From Azolla caroliniana (lineage: Eukaryota > Plantae > Polypodiophyta), in the NCBI GenBank assembly GCA_043228905.1, contig JBHGNT010000020.1, positions 3,968,001 through 4,032,000 on the forward strand: a DNA stretch of 64,000 bases, in the 5' to 3' direction. Shown piece after piece: positions 50,601-63,594 of this stretch. A program made the translations under genes and the position numbers. A model generated the notes under the pieces. It worked only from the letters and a program-made list of their open reading frames with translations. It had not been told where the DNA came from and did not search any database. How positions within the stretch are numbered: the first letter of the stretch is position 1; every line of letters starts with the position of its first letter.

Positions 50601-53600
50601 AGACGGATAACACTTGATCCTTCGTTTTCAGCACGGAAGCCCACAACTTCTGGCTATGGTCGTCTATAAAGGTCACAAAATATTTTGAGCCTCTATGCGA
50701 CTTGGTGTCCACGTAGCATACATCCGTATGCACGAGTTTCAGCGGTATTTTCTTCCTTGTTGGGGGCCTTGTTTGGAAGGATGTTCGATTTTGCTTACCC
50801 GCCAAGCAATCCATGCATTTCTCAAGTTGCACGTTCTTCACCTCCGGAATGAGGTTATCTTTAGCAAGCTTCTGCATCCCCTTTTGGCTCATGTGGTACA
50901 ACCTCTTGTGCCACAGTTCACTGACTGTTTCGGCTGCCACATTCACTTCCCCACAGCATAATCGAGCATTCATTACATACAGTATGTTGGTTTTCCGTGC
51001 TCGAGCCACAATTAGGCTCCCCTTGCAGAACGTCATGACACCATTCCGGATGCTACCCGTGTAGTTTTCATTATCCAGTCGACCGGCTGATATCAGGTTC
51101 AATGAAACCTCCACTACGTGTCAAACATCTCTCAGCGTGAGTCTGCAACCAGTTGAGGTAACCAAACACACCTCTCCAATGCCGACTATTCGGCATGCTC
51201 CTTAATTTACCATCTTTATAGATCCGAGATCATTGGCCATGTACGATGAGAAGCATTTCTGGTCATGGGTAAGGTGAAATGATGCACTCGAATCAACCAC
51301 CCATATCGATTCATCGCCGACAAGGTTCACTTCGTTCTACTAACTAATGAGCAGCAACTCCTCCTCACTTGTCGCGATCGCTGAGGTGTTCGTGCTTTTA
51401 GATTGTTTTTTCGGTTGCACACCATCGGCTCCCCCTTTTACCTTTCGGAAATGTCGGTAATTCTTTTGAAAGTGCCCCGGCTTCCCGCAATAGAAGCACG
51501 TGGGCCTTCCTCTTGACTTTGACCTCGTCCTCGATTTGTCCCGATTTTGGGGACTCCGATACTGGCCTCTTCCCCAATTGTGGTCATCTTCCGTAACCAA
51601 GGCCTTTGGATCGGTTCTAGACTCCCGATCCTTTCAGCGAGCTTCTTCATCTAGCAAGCTTGATTTGACTGTTTTCCTTCTGACCCGACATTACCCAACG
51701 TGACAACAAGCGTCTCCCAACTATCTGGTGTTGTTCGGTCGACAATTACTATTTTGCTGACACGGTATAAGACGAATGTTCGTACCAAACGTTCTATCAA
51801 GTAGTTGTGGTTAAATGAATAGACACGAATGATCTATAAACTTATCAGTGATAACAGACATCGAGATCGTGACTTATGTAATATAGTTTAGACAGAAAAA
51901 AACTAGATGGCAAGAAGCAATCCGTACACAGGGCTTTCCTAACCAAACTTCATATTACTAAATACAACGACCGATTTTTACAATGCCTTCGGTTCCTTTT
52001 ATAGGTAACCTGAAGGTCTTTTCTCACCAAGAAATGCTACTGCCTATAATTAACAAGAATTACAAAACTTCGTAACTAACTATGTCCTATTCGGCTATCT
52101 ACTGAGTCATCGATCTGAATTGTCGATCCGACTCCGACTCTGACTCCGAACATCTTTCCGATTCCGACGCATCCATACTTGTCCGGGTAACACTTGGCAC
52201 GCCCCTGGGCCAGGACATTGTCCGGTGAACCCATGTGAACCCTTTACTCCTGCTGCTCTGAGGAAAGATCCTCCTCCATCTCCAAATCCTCGTATGCGTC
52301 GTCTTGCAAAATGTCGAATAATGAGGGTTCTGCTTCCTGTGTTACAGAAATTACAGAAAAGATGGGGGCATCACCAAAATTCAGAAATGTAAGGGTAAAA
52401 TTTGAAGGGCATAGTGAGGGATTTCAACGCCCGAGGACATGACACGAAATTTAAAAAATCAGAGGGTAGAAGAGAAAATTTCGAAAACAGGAGGACAAAT
52501 CTGAGAATTTTGTAAACTCACGATAACTCACATAAAATAAAAGAAAAACACACACACACACACAATATCATTTCAATCCTAAAACGAGAGTACCATAGTT
52601 CTATGTTTGCCGATGTTCCAACCGAATGAGAGGTTCATGTCGTTGAGTTTGTGTTCGTGTTACGTGTGTTCCGGTCTATGGAGTTCCGACCAATGCGAAA
52701 GAGAAGACTGAGGGAGTTCCGGTCGTAAGTTCTAGTCTAAAGACCGTTGTTCATGTTTATTATTGCGGCATGTGGGTTCCGTTGTGCAAGGCACTGTCCC
52801 ACGGGTGTGCCATATGTGTTCTCCGTGGGATTGATAGTATAGTGTGTTGGTACATGGATAGATAAGTGAAGTATTTGTATTAAAAGACATGTGTAAGTGT
52901 ATGTGCAAATGTGCACATGAGTGAGTAAGTATATTAATATGTAAAGTGGGTAGGTTGTTACAAGGTTATGTAACTAACCTACAACCCTCATGGATGTTCT
53001 TGGATTGTAACCCTAATGGAATGTACCTATATAACCCCACCATAGGGGACATGAATGAAATACAAGTTTTCCTCTCAACATTGTTTTGTGTCTCTCTTTA
53101 TCTCTTTCTCTCTCTCTCACGCTCAACCCCCTTGGGAGGGGGGGTGGAGGTCTTCTTGGCTCCACCCCCCACCCATCAACATCTGGGAGGGAACCGAGAA
53201 GGAGTAATGCGAGTACCTCATCGGCGAGAGGTACTTCCAACGAGGTTGCCTGGTTTATTAGTCCCTGGAAGGCATTCATCTGCTCCACCATACTAGAGCC
53301 GTCTTGGTACCAGAGCCTCACTAGCTTTCGGAATACCAAAACCCGATTAACATCATTCTTGTTCTGGAACATGATGCCAATCTTCTCCCAGTGTTCATGA
53401 GCCTTACTTTCTTCATGGAAATTGTTGTACAGGCTCATGTCAATGAAGCACCAGATGTATGCCGTCATCTTCATGTGGATCACCTCCCACACTATGGCGT
53501 CGATCTTATTTGGTCTCTTGTCCCCGAACTGAACCGACAGAGATCTTTAACCACCAACATATCCCTCATCTTTGACTTCCACACTGAGTAGTTGGAGCTA

Positions 53601-54223
53601 GTGCGCTTGAACATGCCGCCAAATGATTCTTCCATTTCCTGTGTTGTTCCCTCTAATACCACTTTGTCGAGAATCGTGACCGGCCACAGACGGTGTCGTG
53701 TTCGGATGTTCGGGTGTAGGGAACGTACAATAGAATGCACTTAGACAGAGTACGAAAACAGAAATAGCACAAGAGACAGAGACACACAATTTTAATGTGG
53801 AAACCCGAAATGGGAAAACCATGGGGGTCCACAAACCCCGAGAAACAGAATCACTATGCTAAAAGGAGTACAACTAGAAGCTCCGAGGCAACGACCTCGA
53901 GATTCTACTTCGTCAACAGACGGCTACATAGTTACACACGCTCTCACTGTCACTCACTTACAATTAGACAGTTGCACAGGCAACGACCTTCTCAGTAACC
54001 CTTTTAACAACGACACATAATAATAACATTATGATTGCCCTAAGTACTTATACTACTACACCTTTTGGGTTATTTACAAGTGTAGCCCATAAGGGCATAT
54101 TTAGACTATTTACAGGTATAGTCTTCCGAGTTGGTTGTCTATAAGATTTCGGCCTCGGCCGCGGCTGAGTTTCTCATCAACTCGGATCTTCTCTTCCCAT
54201 CCGGAGGGACCCATTTCCTAACA
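47668..54223 (-). mobile_element. Full-length degenerate Ty1/Copia (element D); LTRs 53665-54223 and 47668-48245; TSD GTTTG
   Basis: GTTTG at 47663-47667 and 54224-54228; PBS TGGTATTAGAGG; PPT ggagtgaaggggga; IN HTDVC/RADNGGEY/LAERMNQ; gag split by the insertion at 51729-53181. Confidence 0.95.
51729..53181. mobile_element. Composite LTR-derived insertion (TGTTG...CAACA) with TSD TCTGG: minus-strand LTR 51729-52192 and plus-strand LTR-like segment ~52815-53181
   Basis: TCTGG at 51724-51728 and 53182-53186; removal restores gag L-G-S-L-P-D-S-W-E; TATA-like boxes in opposite orientations in the two halves. Confidence 0.8.
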
Positions 54224-54958
54224 GTTTGGAGAAGTCCTATCAGATTTATATTTATACTTGTAGACCCATTTGCATGGTAATGCTTTCTTATCCTTTGACA
54301 AAGATTCAAACTTCCGATACCATTGTTGGGGAGCCTGCTTCTTTCTCTTAGAGGATATCGTCTTCATCTGTTTTGATCAATCAGCTTGCTGGGATATTCT
54401 TCTTGTCCTTCGATAGGTTCTTCTTCTAGGTTGGAGTCGACTACTTCTCCTTCATCAGATCTGTTACCCAGCCGACAAAGGAGTTAAAGACCAGAATGTG
54501 AAAGGGATTGTTATTCGGAATCTATTTTAATTAAGTAGAAAAGTGGGACGTGAATGGACGGACCGGAATCGATATGCCGATCCGGATCCGGACCAGTTCC
54601 GAACAGGTGCCGGTTAGCACCGTTTTGTACTCAACACCGATGACCTATATAAAGGCCTGGTTACAATGTAAAACTTCGACGGATAATTAATAGAGCTTCT
54701 TGTTTTATCTTTAAGTGTTGATTACCATTCTATACTAATTGCTCTATCATACGCGTGTATCGAATTTAATGCCATATTGCTAAGTAGCCAATTAAGTCTG
54801 ATTAATCGTTGTGTCTTAAGTTATCTCTCCGTAACACCCCTTTGGTGAAGTGTCTTCCATAGACACCCTGTGTTAGGCCATTGTCCGGCCCTAAGGATTA
54901 ACACAGTTTTTGGCGACTACGATTCCTACACAATCACAGTGAACATCGGCAGGAATGG

Positions 54959-57900
54959 ATGACTAGACCAATGAACGACCCGGTTATGGAGCGAGCAAGG
55001 AGACTTGCTGAACGGCTAATGAAGCGAGAGGCTTTCCAGCAAGCGGGCAGAAGAAATCAGAGCGGATCGCTCATTTTCCAAGGTGATCCGGAGAGTGGCC
55101 AAGGAGTCACTTCGGTTACCACAAAACGACTACCCGGACGAAGGAAGCTGCCTAAGCAGCCTTTGGGAAGCGGAATCCCTTCTCCAGGCATTGGCAGCAA
55201 GCAAAGGAGAATCTAAAGCATTTTCGGCTTTTGAATCGGATTCGGAAGGGGAATACAACGCACATACAAACTACCGCAGCAATAACGACACCCCAAACGG
55301 ACCGGAGGACGAGGAGTGGGATACCTTGCCGACACCGGAACCAAAATTGACAAGGCTGGAACCTCCGGCACCGGAAGTCGACCACACTCCAGAACCAGAA
55401 GTCGAGGAAGAGAGACCTCCGACACCGGAAGTCGAGGAGGAGAAGCCTCCGACACCGAAAGAGGAGCAGGAAAGACCTCTGACGGTGATAGAGGACCACG
55501 AAAGACCTCTGACGCCGATAGAGGAGGAGGAACGACCACCAACACCACCGGCCTGCGTACCGACACCAGACGACGATATGTCGTTCCAATATCCCAGATA
55601 CCGGGATGATCCGGACGCGGAAGCTCACGTCCATGCGTTTCAGCAGACCTGGGAGGCAAACCATGTGTCCCAACGCTTAAATGCGGCTGAAGAGGAACGC
55701 TCAAAAAGGGCAGAGTTCGGTATGACCCTAGAGGGACCGGCCACCAGATGGCAGCAAACACAAGATCCCAGCACCATCCCCACGTTTGAAACATTAAAGA
55801 CAAAAAATTTGCATTTCTTTCACAAGGAGATGGACCAACGGGAAATGGTAGGCTTATTTTACAGTATCCGGCAGGAACCAATGGAGAACATTCAGTAGTT
55901 TGTCATCCGGTTCCAACGTATCCACAGTTAGCTCAGCCAGACACCACCGGAGGAAGAAACAAAGGCCATATTCTTAGCAGCACTCCGGGAACCCTTACGA
56001 ACAGTGTGCACCGTCATTGATTTTTGCACCAGCAGCATAGATCAAGTGATTGACCGAGTTCGGGAAATGGAAAACTCAAGTTCATGGCTAACCATGGGCG
56101 CACTTCAGCGTGCACTACAAACAGATGAGGACCTCCGTTTCCGGCAAGCAGTTCAATGTACGACATGCCTAAATGCCGGACATTCGGCGCTGGAATGCAC
56201 CATGCGTTCCCAATGCTTGCTCTGCCACTCTAGAAGTCACACAATGGAACGGTGTGAGTATAACTTGTTAAATCGGCAAGCACCACCGGTCCGGCAAATT
56301 GAACCACGAAGCAACCGGGAGGAAGAAGAAGAACGTTGGTGGCGAGAGGAGCGCTACCGGCCGGCACAAGATGTCCAATACAGCGATCGAAGAGACGCTT
56401 ATGACCGGTATGACAGACAAGATAGATACCAGGACTATAATGGACAGTACGAGAGATACAACTGGGATCACTCCCCTGGTTACAACCAATGACGGGACGA
56501 CTATGGCAAGTATGACGACCAGCACCGTCAAGGTTACCGAAACAAAAATAATTTCAACAAGAAACGTCATTTCAACAAAAAGGGGGGTCATCCACGGGAA
56601 CCAGAAAAGGGCGCTGCAAGCAGCCAACCGGACCAAAACCAAGCACTTACCACAGGACCTTAACCAAGCACAAACGCCGAATCCAGGAATACCTGGAAGG
56701 CGTACTACTATTATTTCTGGCAAGAAGGCCACTATAGTAACCAATGTCCGACGAAGCGCTACGACAAGCGACCGATGGTGAACATGGTAGACGCGGAAGT
56801 TGCAGACATACAACAAGTCACTACAAGATCAAAAGGCAAAGCCACGGAGTGGGAAACTCAAGAAGCCATCCAGAAGCAGGCAACCGAATGGGTGAAGAAG
56901 GCAAACGAGCGGAATGCAGCAGAGCTCGAACAACAAAAGGAGAATGCCAAAGAGCTCATCGGCCTGGGGCAGCTCGAAAACCCAACATGGCAGGCGTTAC
57001 AAGAATGCCAAATAACGATGTCGTTAGGCCGGCTATTGCAACTGGTACCACGCTTCACAGAAGGACTGAAGACAGGAAGGACGACAACTGACACACCACT
57101 CTAGGAATCCATGACTGGGAACCATGCCCATTTTGGCTTCGGATGGCGGACACAAGCTTAGTACGGCCAACAGGGTTAATACGTGATCTGGAAGTGACCA
57201 TCGGGGGTGACACATTTCGCATTTCCACAGTAGTTCTCCAGCTACAAGCTCAGGGAGCTTACCCACTATTGTTGGGATGCCCTTGGTTAAAAACAACACA
57301 CATCAAGCAAAACTGGAGGAAGAATATAATTACGTTCCGGCGTGGAAAAGCGAAAGTACGAGTACCGACTCAACCACGGTCCGGTACCGGCAAGGAATTG
57401 ACGTCGCTATATGCGGAATGTGTCAACATGCTGGAAGGATTGGCGGACGAAGAGGTCGATCAATACTTCCAGGAAAATCCGAAGATCGTACCGTTGTTCG
57501 AAATTGATGTAGCCGAAGCAGTATCACCATACATGTTGCAACCGGACGGGACCGACGAGGAACCGGATATAGAAGCGATCCGGGAGTTACGGCAAGCACA
57601 GGAGGCACTAGAAAGAGAAATGGCAGTGTTGCAGCACGTGAAAGCATCCCAACAAGAAGAGGTAAACCTAGGTACCACAGAGGATGCAAGACCGGTGAGC
57701 ATCGCCAAGGAAATGACCCCGGCGAACAAAACGGCAATGATCACACTCCTAACAGAATTTTGCGATGTGTTCGCTTGGTCCTATGAGGACATGCGGGGAC
57801 TCGATCCTCAGTTGTATCAACACCAGATACATCTGAGTAAAGACGCCAAACCGGTAGCGCAACGACGTTCCTGGATGAACCCGAATTACGCAACAAAAGT

Positions 57901-59800
57901 CAAAGAAGAAATCGACAAGTTGCTAAGGGTTGACTTCATCTAACTAGTAAAGAAAGCCACATGGCTCAGTCCGATAGTCGTAGTACCGAAAAAGAACGGT
58001 AAGATAAGAGTTTGCGTTGACTACCGGAAATTAAATGCGGCTACGGTAATGGACGCCTTCCCACTTCCATTCACGGATGGAGTCTTGGATGTGGTCGCCG
58101 GTCATGAGGTGTACAGTTTTCTGGACGGTTTCAGCGGCTATAATCAGATCCGGATGCACCCCGACAACCAGGAGAAAACCGTGTTTGTCACCGAATGGAG
58201 AGTCTTTGTTGCCGTAGTTATGATGTTCGGACTGAAAACGGCACCGACAACCTTCCAGCGGATCATCATGGAGATTTTCAGAGAATTCATTCTGGCATTC
58301 ATGCAGGTGTTCTTGGACAACTTCGTTGTTTATAGCCAGGAAGAGAATCACCTTCAGCACCTCCGACTATGTTTGGAGAAATGTAGGCTTTACCGACTAA
58401 GCCTTAACCCGGCAAAATGCGTGTTCGGAGTAACCAGCGGAGAGTTACTGGGTCACATAGTGAGCAAGGACGGTATCATAGTGGATCCGGACAAAGTAAA
58501 AGCAATCCTAGAGGCACCGGCAGACCTGGCTACACCATTGCATGCTGCAATACATCGGACACCGTTCCGATGGACGGACACAGAGGACCACGTTTACCAA
58601 GCACTTAAAGTACTGTTGTCACAAGCGCCGGTGGTGCAACCTCTGAATTGGTCTAAAGAGTTCCATGTGTTTGTTGATGCGTCCAACATCACAATCGGGA
58701 GCGCGCTTATGCAACTTACAGAACCGAAATGGTATCGGCCAGTGTATTTTGCCAGCCGGAAGTTGTCCCAAGCAGAACGTAATTATTCCACAACGGAAAG
58801 GGAAGCCTTGGGTATGATCTACAATGTCACCAAGTTTAGACACTATCTATTGGGAAGGAAATTTTCCTTTCACGTAGAGCATTCGGCGCTCCTCTACTTG
58901 GTGTCCAAAGCATCACTCACCGGTAAGCTGGCCCGGTGGACGTTGCTATTACAAGAATTTGAGTTCGAGATATTCCACCGACCCAGCATACAACACGCCA
59001 TCGCCGGTTTCCTCGGAATCTAACCGGAAAAAATTTTATATGAAAACATCTGGTGCCGGTATGGATGTCGATAGAGCTAATAAGTGACCAAGGTGGGCAC
59101 TTTTTAGGGCAAGTAGTGGAAAGTTTGACGACATTCTATGCGGTGGTGCACAAACGGAGCACTCCCTATTATCCGCAAGCCAACGGATTAGCCGAGTCAA
59201 CAAATAAAACACTACAGAACATCCTTCGAAAAATCGTCAATGAGAACCGGACGGATTGGGATACAAAGCTACACAGTGCACTCTAGGCCTATCAAACGGC
59301 ATATAAAACAAGTATCCGCACAACACCGTTTCGCCTAGCATTCGGATTGGAAGCAGTGATGCCAGTCGAGTTCCAGGTACCGAGTTTACAAATACAGATT
59401 CGGGAACGACTAAATGAGAAGGAATTGGAAGCAATCCGGTTAGCCGCGCTGTGCGAATTGGAAGAACACCAGCTAGCTAGCATCATGCACCTAGAACTTG
59501 AGCAGCTAGCGTTCGTGGACCGTCACCGAAAAGGGAATGAAAAGATGTTCAGAATCGGTAAGCCGGTACTAGTATTCCAAGCCCGGATCGGTAAGACGTT
59601 GGGGAAGCTACGGTTTCAGTGGACCGGAACATACTGGATTACACGTGAGTTCAACGGTTCCTACCAGTTAGGGACACTCGCCGGCAAGGTTCTTGGTAAA
59701 TGGGTCAATGGGTTCTGACTCAAACCATACAATGGACCCATGCCAAGAAACCCATTTGAACAAGGCCGACACAAAACCGGACACCAGTAAGTCGGAAGAG
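54959..59800 (+). pseudogene. Gypsy gag-pol (frameshifts, stops, internal deletions)
   Basis: Pro/Glu repeats (EEERPPTP), CCHC-like knuckles CTTCLNAGHSALEC and CLLCHSRSHTMERC; RT FAWSYEDM, FLDGFSGYNQI, FGLKTAP; RH FVDASN..NYSTTERE; IN SDQGGHF..YPQANGLAE. Confidence 0.9.
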
Positions 59801-60165
59801 ACGGCAACACGTTTAGCAATCGGCAAGCACGAAGCCGGTAAGAGGGAGCACGAGCCAGCAAACGACAAGAACGACACGACGACAAGCAGTCCAGCGGCCG
59901 GCAAGTCCCAGTGGGACCGGATGCGTATTAACCAAACCATTTTTATTATAAATCAAAAAATTCAAAAATCAAAAATCAAATCAAATCAAAGTAAGTCATG
60001 CAAGGGCGAGGGGTGAATGGACACATGCAAGAACAAGGAGTGAACAGGCACTTTGAAAAGGTACGTAGTGGGCTATTAATAGGATATTAAACCGCCGCCA
60101 CATGGCACATCATTCTATTTTAGTACACAACGTGCACACGTGCGAGTCAGAAAAAAGGCGGCAAC

Positions 60166-63110
60166 ATGCAGCAAGAAAACTCCCACCGCGTGGAAGCCTT
60201 CACATTTCACGAACAGAGGAGCACAAACGAGCACAGGCGATTGAAGATCATCAGACGCGAACCCACGCACACAGAGCCTCCTCAAACACACCCCTCACCA
60301 ATGCTCACCGACCTCGAAGAAGCCATGGACTGCCAAGCACTCTCTGAAGCAGCCAAGAAGTGGCTAAGGCAACACGGGTTAGAAGGTTTACTCACAATCA
60401 TGGAGGCTCCACCGCACCAGGAGGCGGAGAAGATAGTAAAGGAGATCAACACGAAACTGATCACGGAGGAGGCCATCCATGCTTTGATTGGCCTTCCGGA
60501 GGGGGGCATCTTCACTATCGACAACCCTACCCCGGAGCAACTTCGAAAATATTTTGGGGAATACTCTCTGGCCAGCAAGGCTTACAGGACACAAGGTGGC
60601 AAAGATCCCCTATTTCGAGAGATTGCTCGTGTGCTCCATGAATTTGGACATGTATACCCTCGACCCTCGTGCATACCTCAGAACCGAGCCAGCTTAATCA
60701 TAGCAACATATGAAGGCGTGAAGGTGGACTAGCCGATACTGATTGCGGATGGCCTTTGTGCGGCCATCGACTCTGTAAGAGGCAAGGAGGGTCGGAAGAT
60801 ATGGACGGCAGTGGTGCAATGGCTCACCCTATTGGCGCCACCTATGGAGCCCGTCAAGACCACAAAGTGGGGAAGAACAACCGAAGGCACCCCGAAAACG
60901 GCCTAGAAATAGCAGCAGTTGTTGGCCTTTAAGGCAACCAAAGGGAAGGCGGCCGACACGGACCAGGTGGCAAAGGAGCGCGCCAATAGGAAGCGGCAGG
61001 CGGAAACGCAGGAGGAGCCACCGGCACGGCCAATCAAGATCAGACTTCACCGACCGGTTCAACAAGAGCCGGACCCCTTGGCAACAAAAATCAACATCGG
61101 GACTCAGGAGGAGGAAGCGGAGCAGGAACCGTTAGAGCACCTCCAGCGGCACCAGAAGGCAAGCACCTCCAAACAGGCCGGGGAGCGTTCGGACCCAAAG
61201 AAGGATGGAACGCCTCTACCCCGCACTGAGCATCCCGCACCAAGGGTGGAACCGGAATTGGTTTGGACAGAACTGGTCACAGAGCTCCCTACACAACAAA
61301 CTATACCGGCGGGTCAGGATACGGCAAGACCTCAATGCAAGCGCCGGAAGTACAGTTGCCTACCCCACCGGCAGGTCAAGAGCAATCAAAGGCGGAGCGG
61401 CCAACGGAGCCGCAACCGGAACCAAAATGGCAAAGTGGTCACCAACCAGAGACAGAGTTGCAGCTCGACGCAACCGGACAAAACCGACCACTGGCCAGCG
61501 ACACCAACAACCAACCCTTCGGGCAGACGCAACAACAGGGCACCGGCAGCCAATGGCTCCGGTGGATTGGAGAACAGATTGTCGGAGTAGTGTACTACAT
61601 AGAGGCGGAAGAGAAAGCGTAGATGGACCGGTTGCTCGTCACAAACGGAGAACTAGAGAAGGCCCGGTCAAGGATCCGGAGCCTAGAACAAGACTTGGAC
61701 CTGGCCACAGAAGAATTGGCCAAAATGGCCTTAACCAGACCACCGATCCAAGCACCGGTGACTCCGGTAGATGTACAGAATAAAGCCACACCGGCACCTG
61801 TACATCGCAATAAGACCCCAGAGACGGAACTAGTCCCGGAGATAGTGGCGGCGCAAGCAAAAGAGCTTGCTGAATTGAAAGATGAATTGGTCGTGGTAGA
61901 AGAAGAACAAAGGAAGACTGATGAGAACCTCCGTTGGGCAGAAGACAATTTGAGGAAAGTACATCAAGCATATGACCGGCTTAAGGAGGAGAAAGAGAAA
62001 GCGCTGCAAGAAAAGGAGAAGCTGCGACGGATGGCGGAAATGGAGATTGAAAGACTTAAAGAAGAACTCTGTCAACAGAAGGATCGGGAAGACCGCGCTC
62101 GCCGGCAACTCAACCTGAAGTTGAAGCAAAAGACCGATGATTTTGAGCACCTACGCCAGGACTAGAAGCACCTGGATATGGAGCATAAGAAATAGCAGGA
62201 GAAGATGGTAGAGCTCCGGCAGGAGGTGCATCGAGCGGAGACGGCGCTAGCGGAGGAATGGGCTGAAAGAACCATGCTACTGGACGAAGCCGCGCAAGAA
62301 CGTATGGAGCTCCATAAGCAGCATTATGAAGAGAAGGAAAGAGTGACAATGGTATTGCAGAGGTTGCAGAACACCTACCAACACCAATTGTCACATTACC
62401 AGGAGCAAGAGGCGGACACGGTGGCACTGATCAAGCAATTGAAGGAAGAACGGCAAGCCGCAGAGGACAAATCGGAGATGGGATTGGAGCCGATCCAGTT
62501 CATTGTCCAGGCATGGAGGAACAAGACAAAATGCTTGATTAACGAAAGCTCCGCGCAATGGTGGGACAAATGGGCAAAACACATAGCCAAGCTCCAGTTG
62601 CTAAGGGTGGACGCGGAAAACCGGTAGAAGGATGGCGACGACTGCTACATGCTAACAAAGGAGGACTTCACCGTCGTAAGAGATGAGTTAGCCGAAGATT
62701 TTGTAGCTCTGGCGGAGGAAAAGTCAGCAGTGGTCCGGCCACTGGTAGCACAGTTGGACGATGATCAACTGGATGCTCAAATCTAGTTTGAAAGCTATGA
62801 GCGGACCAGGCTACGGAAAGAAGACGCAAGGCAGGCGGCGACCGTCAACCTCAGCGATGAGGAGCCATCACCAGAGCAAGGACCGGACGGAGACAAGGCC
62901 GGGGCGAGTCAACCGGAGTCAAATCCGGTAGAGCAGCTAACGGAGGAATCACCGCCACAACCGCCGATACCGGGAGCCGAACAGACGCCATCTAAGGAGC
63001 AACAATCGGAGGAGCCGGAGCCACAACAACAACAACCACAACAACAAAGTTCCGAAGAACCATTGGATACCCTGGAGCAGAGTATTCTAGATATCTTGGA
63101 CGAAGGCTAA
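60166..63110 (+). pseudogene. Extra 3' ORF of the Gypsy element (globular N-terminus, Pro/Gln-rich linker, long coiled coil), degenerate
   Basis: Consecutive same-strand ORFs 60166-60732, 60919-, 61623-62165, 62205-62627, broken mainly by TAG stops; ends at TAA 63110. Confidence 0.7.
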
Positions 63111-63120
63111 GGGCCGAATA

Positions 63121-63163
63121 GTGGGATTCGACATACAAGTTACTGTCCCACGGGCATGCCATG
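63121..63163 (+). promoter_or_regulatory. tRNA-Arg-3'-end-like element (antisense PBS) occupying the PPT position
   Basis: GTCCCACGGGCATGCCA at 63145-63161, then 2 nt, then the LTR start; no purine tract; GTGGGA/TCCCAC stem. Confidence 0.7.
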
Positions 63164-63594
63164 TGTTACCCGGCCGGCAAAGGAGTTAAAGACCAGAATG
63201 TGAAAGGGATTGTTATTCGGAATCTATTTTAATTAAGTAGAATAGTGGGACGTGAACGGACGGACCAGAATCGGTATGCCGATCGGGTTCCGAACAGGTG
63301 CCGATTGGCACCATTTTGTACTCAACACCGGTGACCTATATAAAGGCCCGGTTACAATGTAAAACTTTGACGGATAATTAATAGAGCTTCTTGTTTTATC
63401 TTTAAGTGTTGATTACCGTTCTGTACTAATTGTTCTATCATACGCGCGTATCGAATTTAATGCCATATTGCTAAGTAGCCAATTAAGTCTAATTAATCGT
63501 TGTGTCTTAAGTTATCTCGCCATAACACCCCTTTGGTGAAGTGTCTTCCATAGACACCCTGTGTTAGGCCATTGTCCAGCCCTAAGGATTAACA

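Larger units (their letters stand above)
40900..54340 (-). mobile_element. Older Copia RT relic (40900-41095, 47043-47667, 54224-54340) hosting two younger Copia insertions
   Basis: [37 protein letters not shown]; continuity across TSDs ACAAG and GTTTG. Confidence 0.75.
54462..63594 (+). mobile_element. Full-length degenerate non-chromovirus Ty3/Gypsy; LTRs 54462-54903 and 63164-63594; TSD (A/G)GATC
   Basis: LTR pair TGTTACCC...GATTAACA; TATATAAA at 54646; PBS-like TGGCGACT at 54911; domain order gag-PR-RT-RH-IN; flanks AGATC / GGATC. Confidence 0.93.

Noticed and set aside
63121-63161. A true tRNA gene or SINE
   Set aside because: Only a 3'-end-like segment with encoded CCA; no D-arm, anticodon arm or A-box visible.
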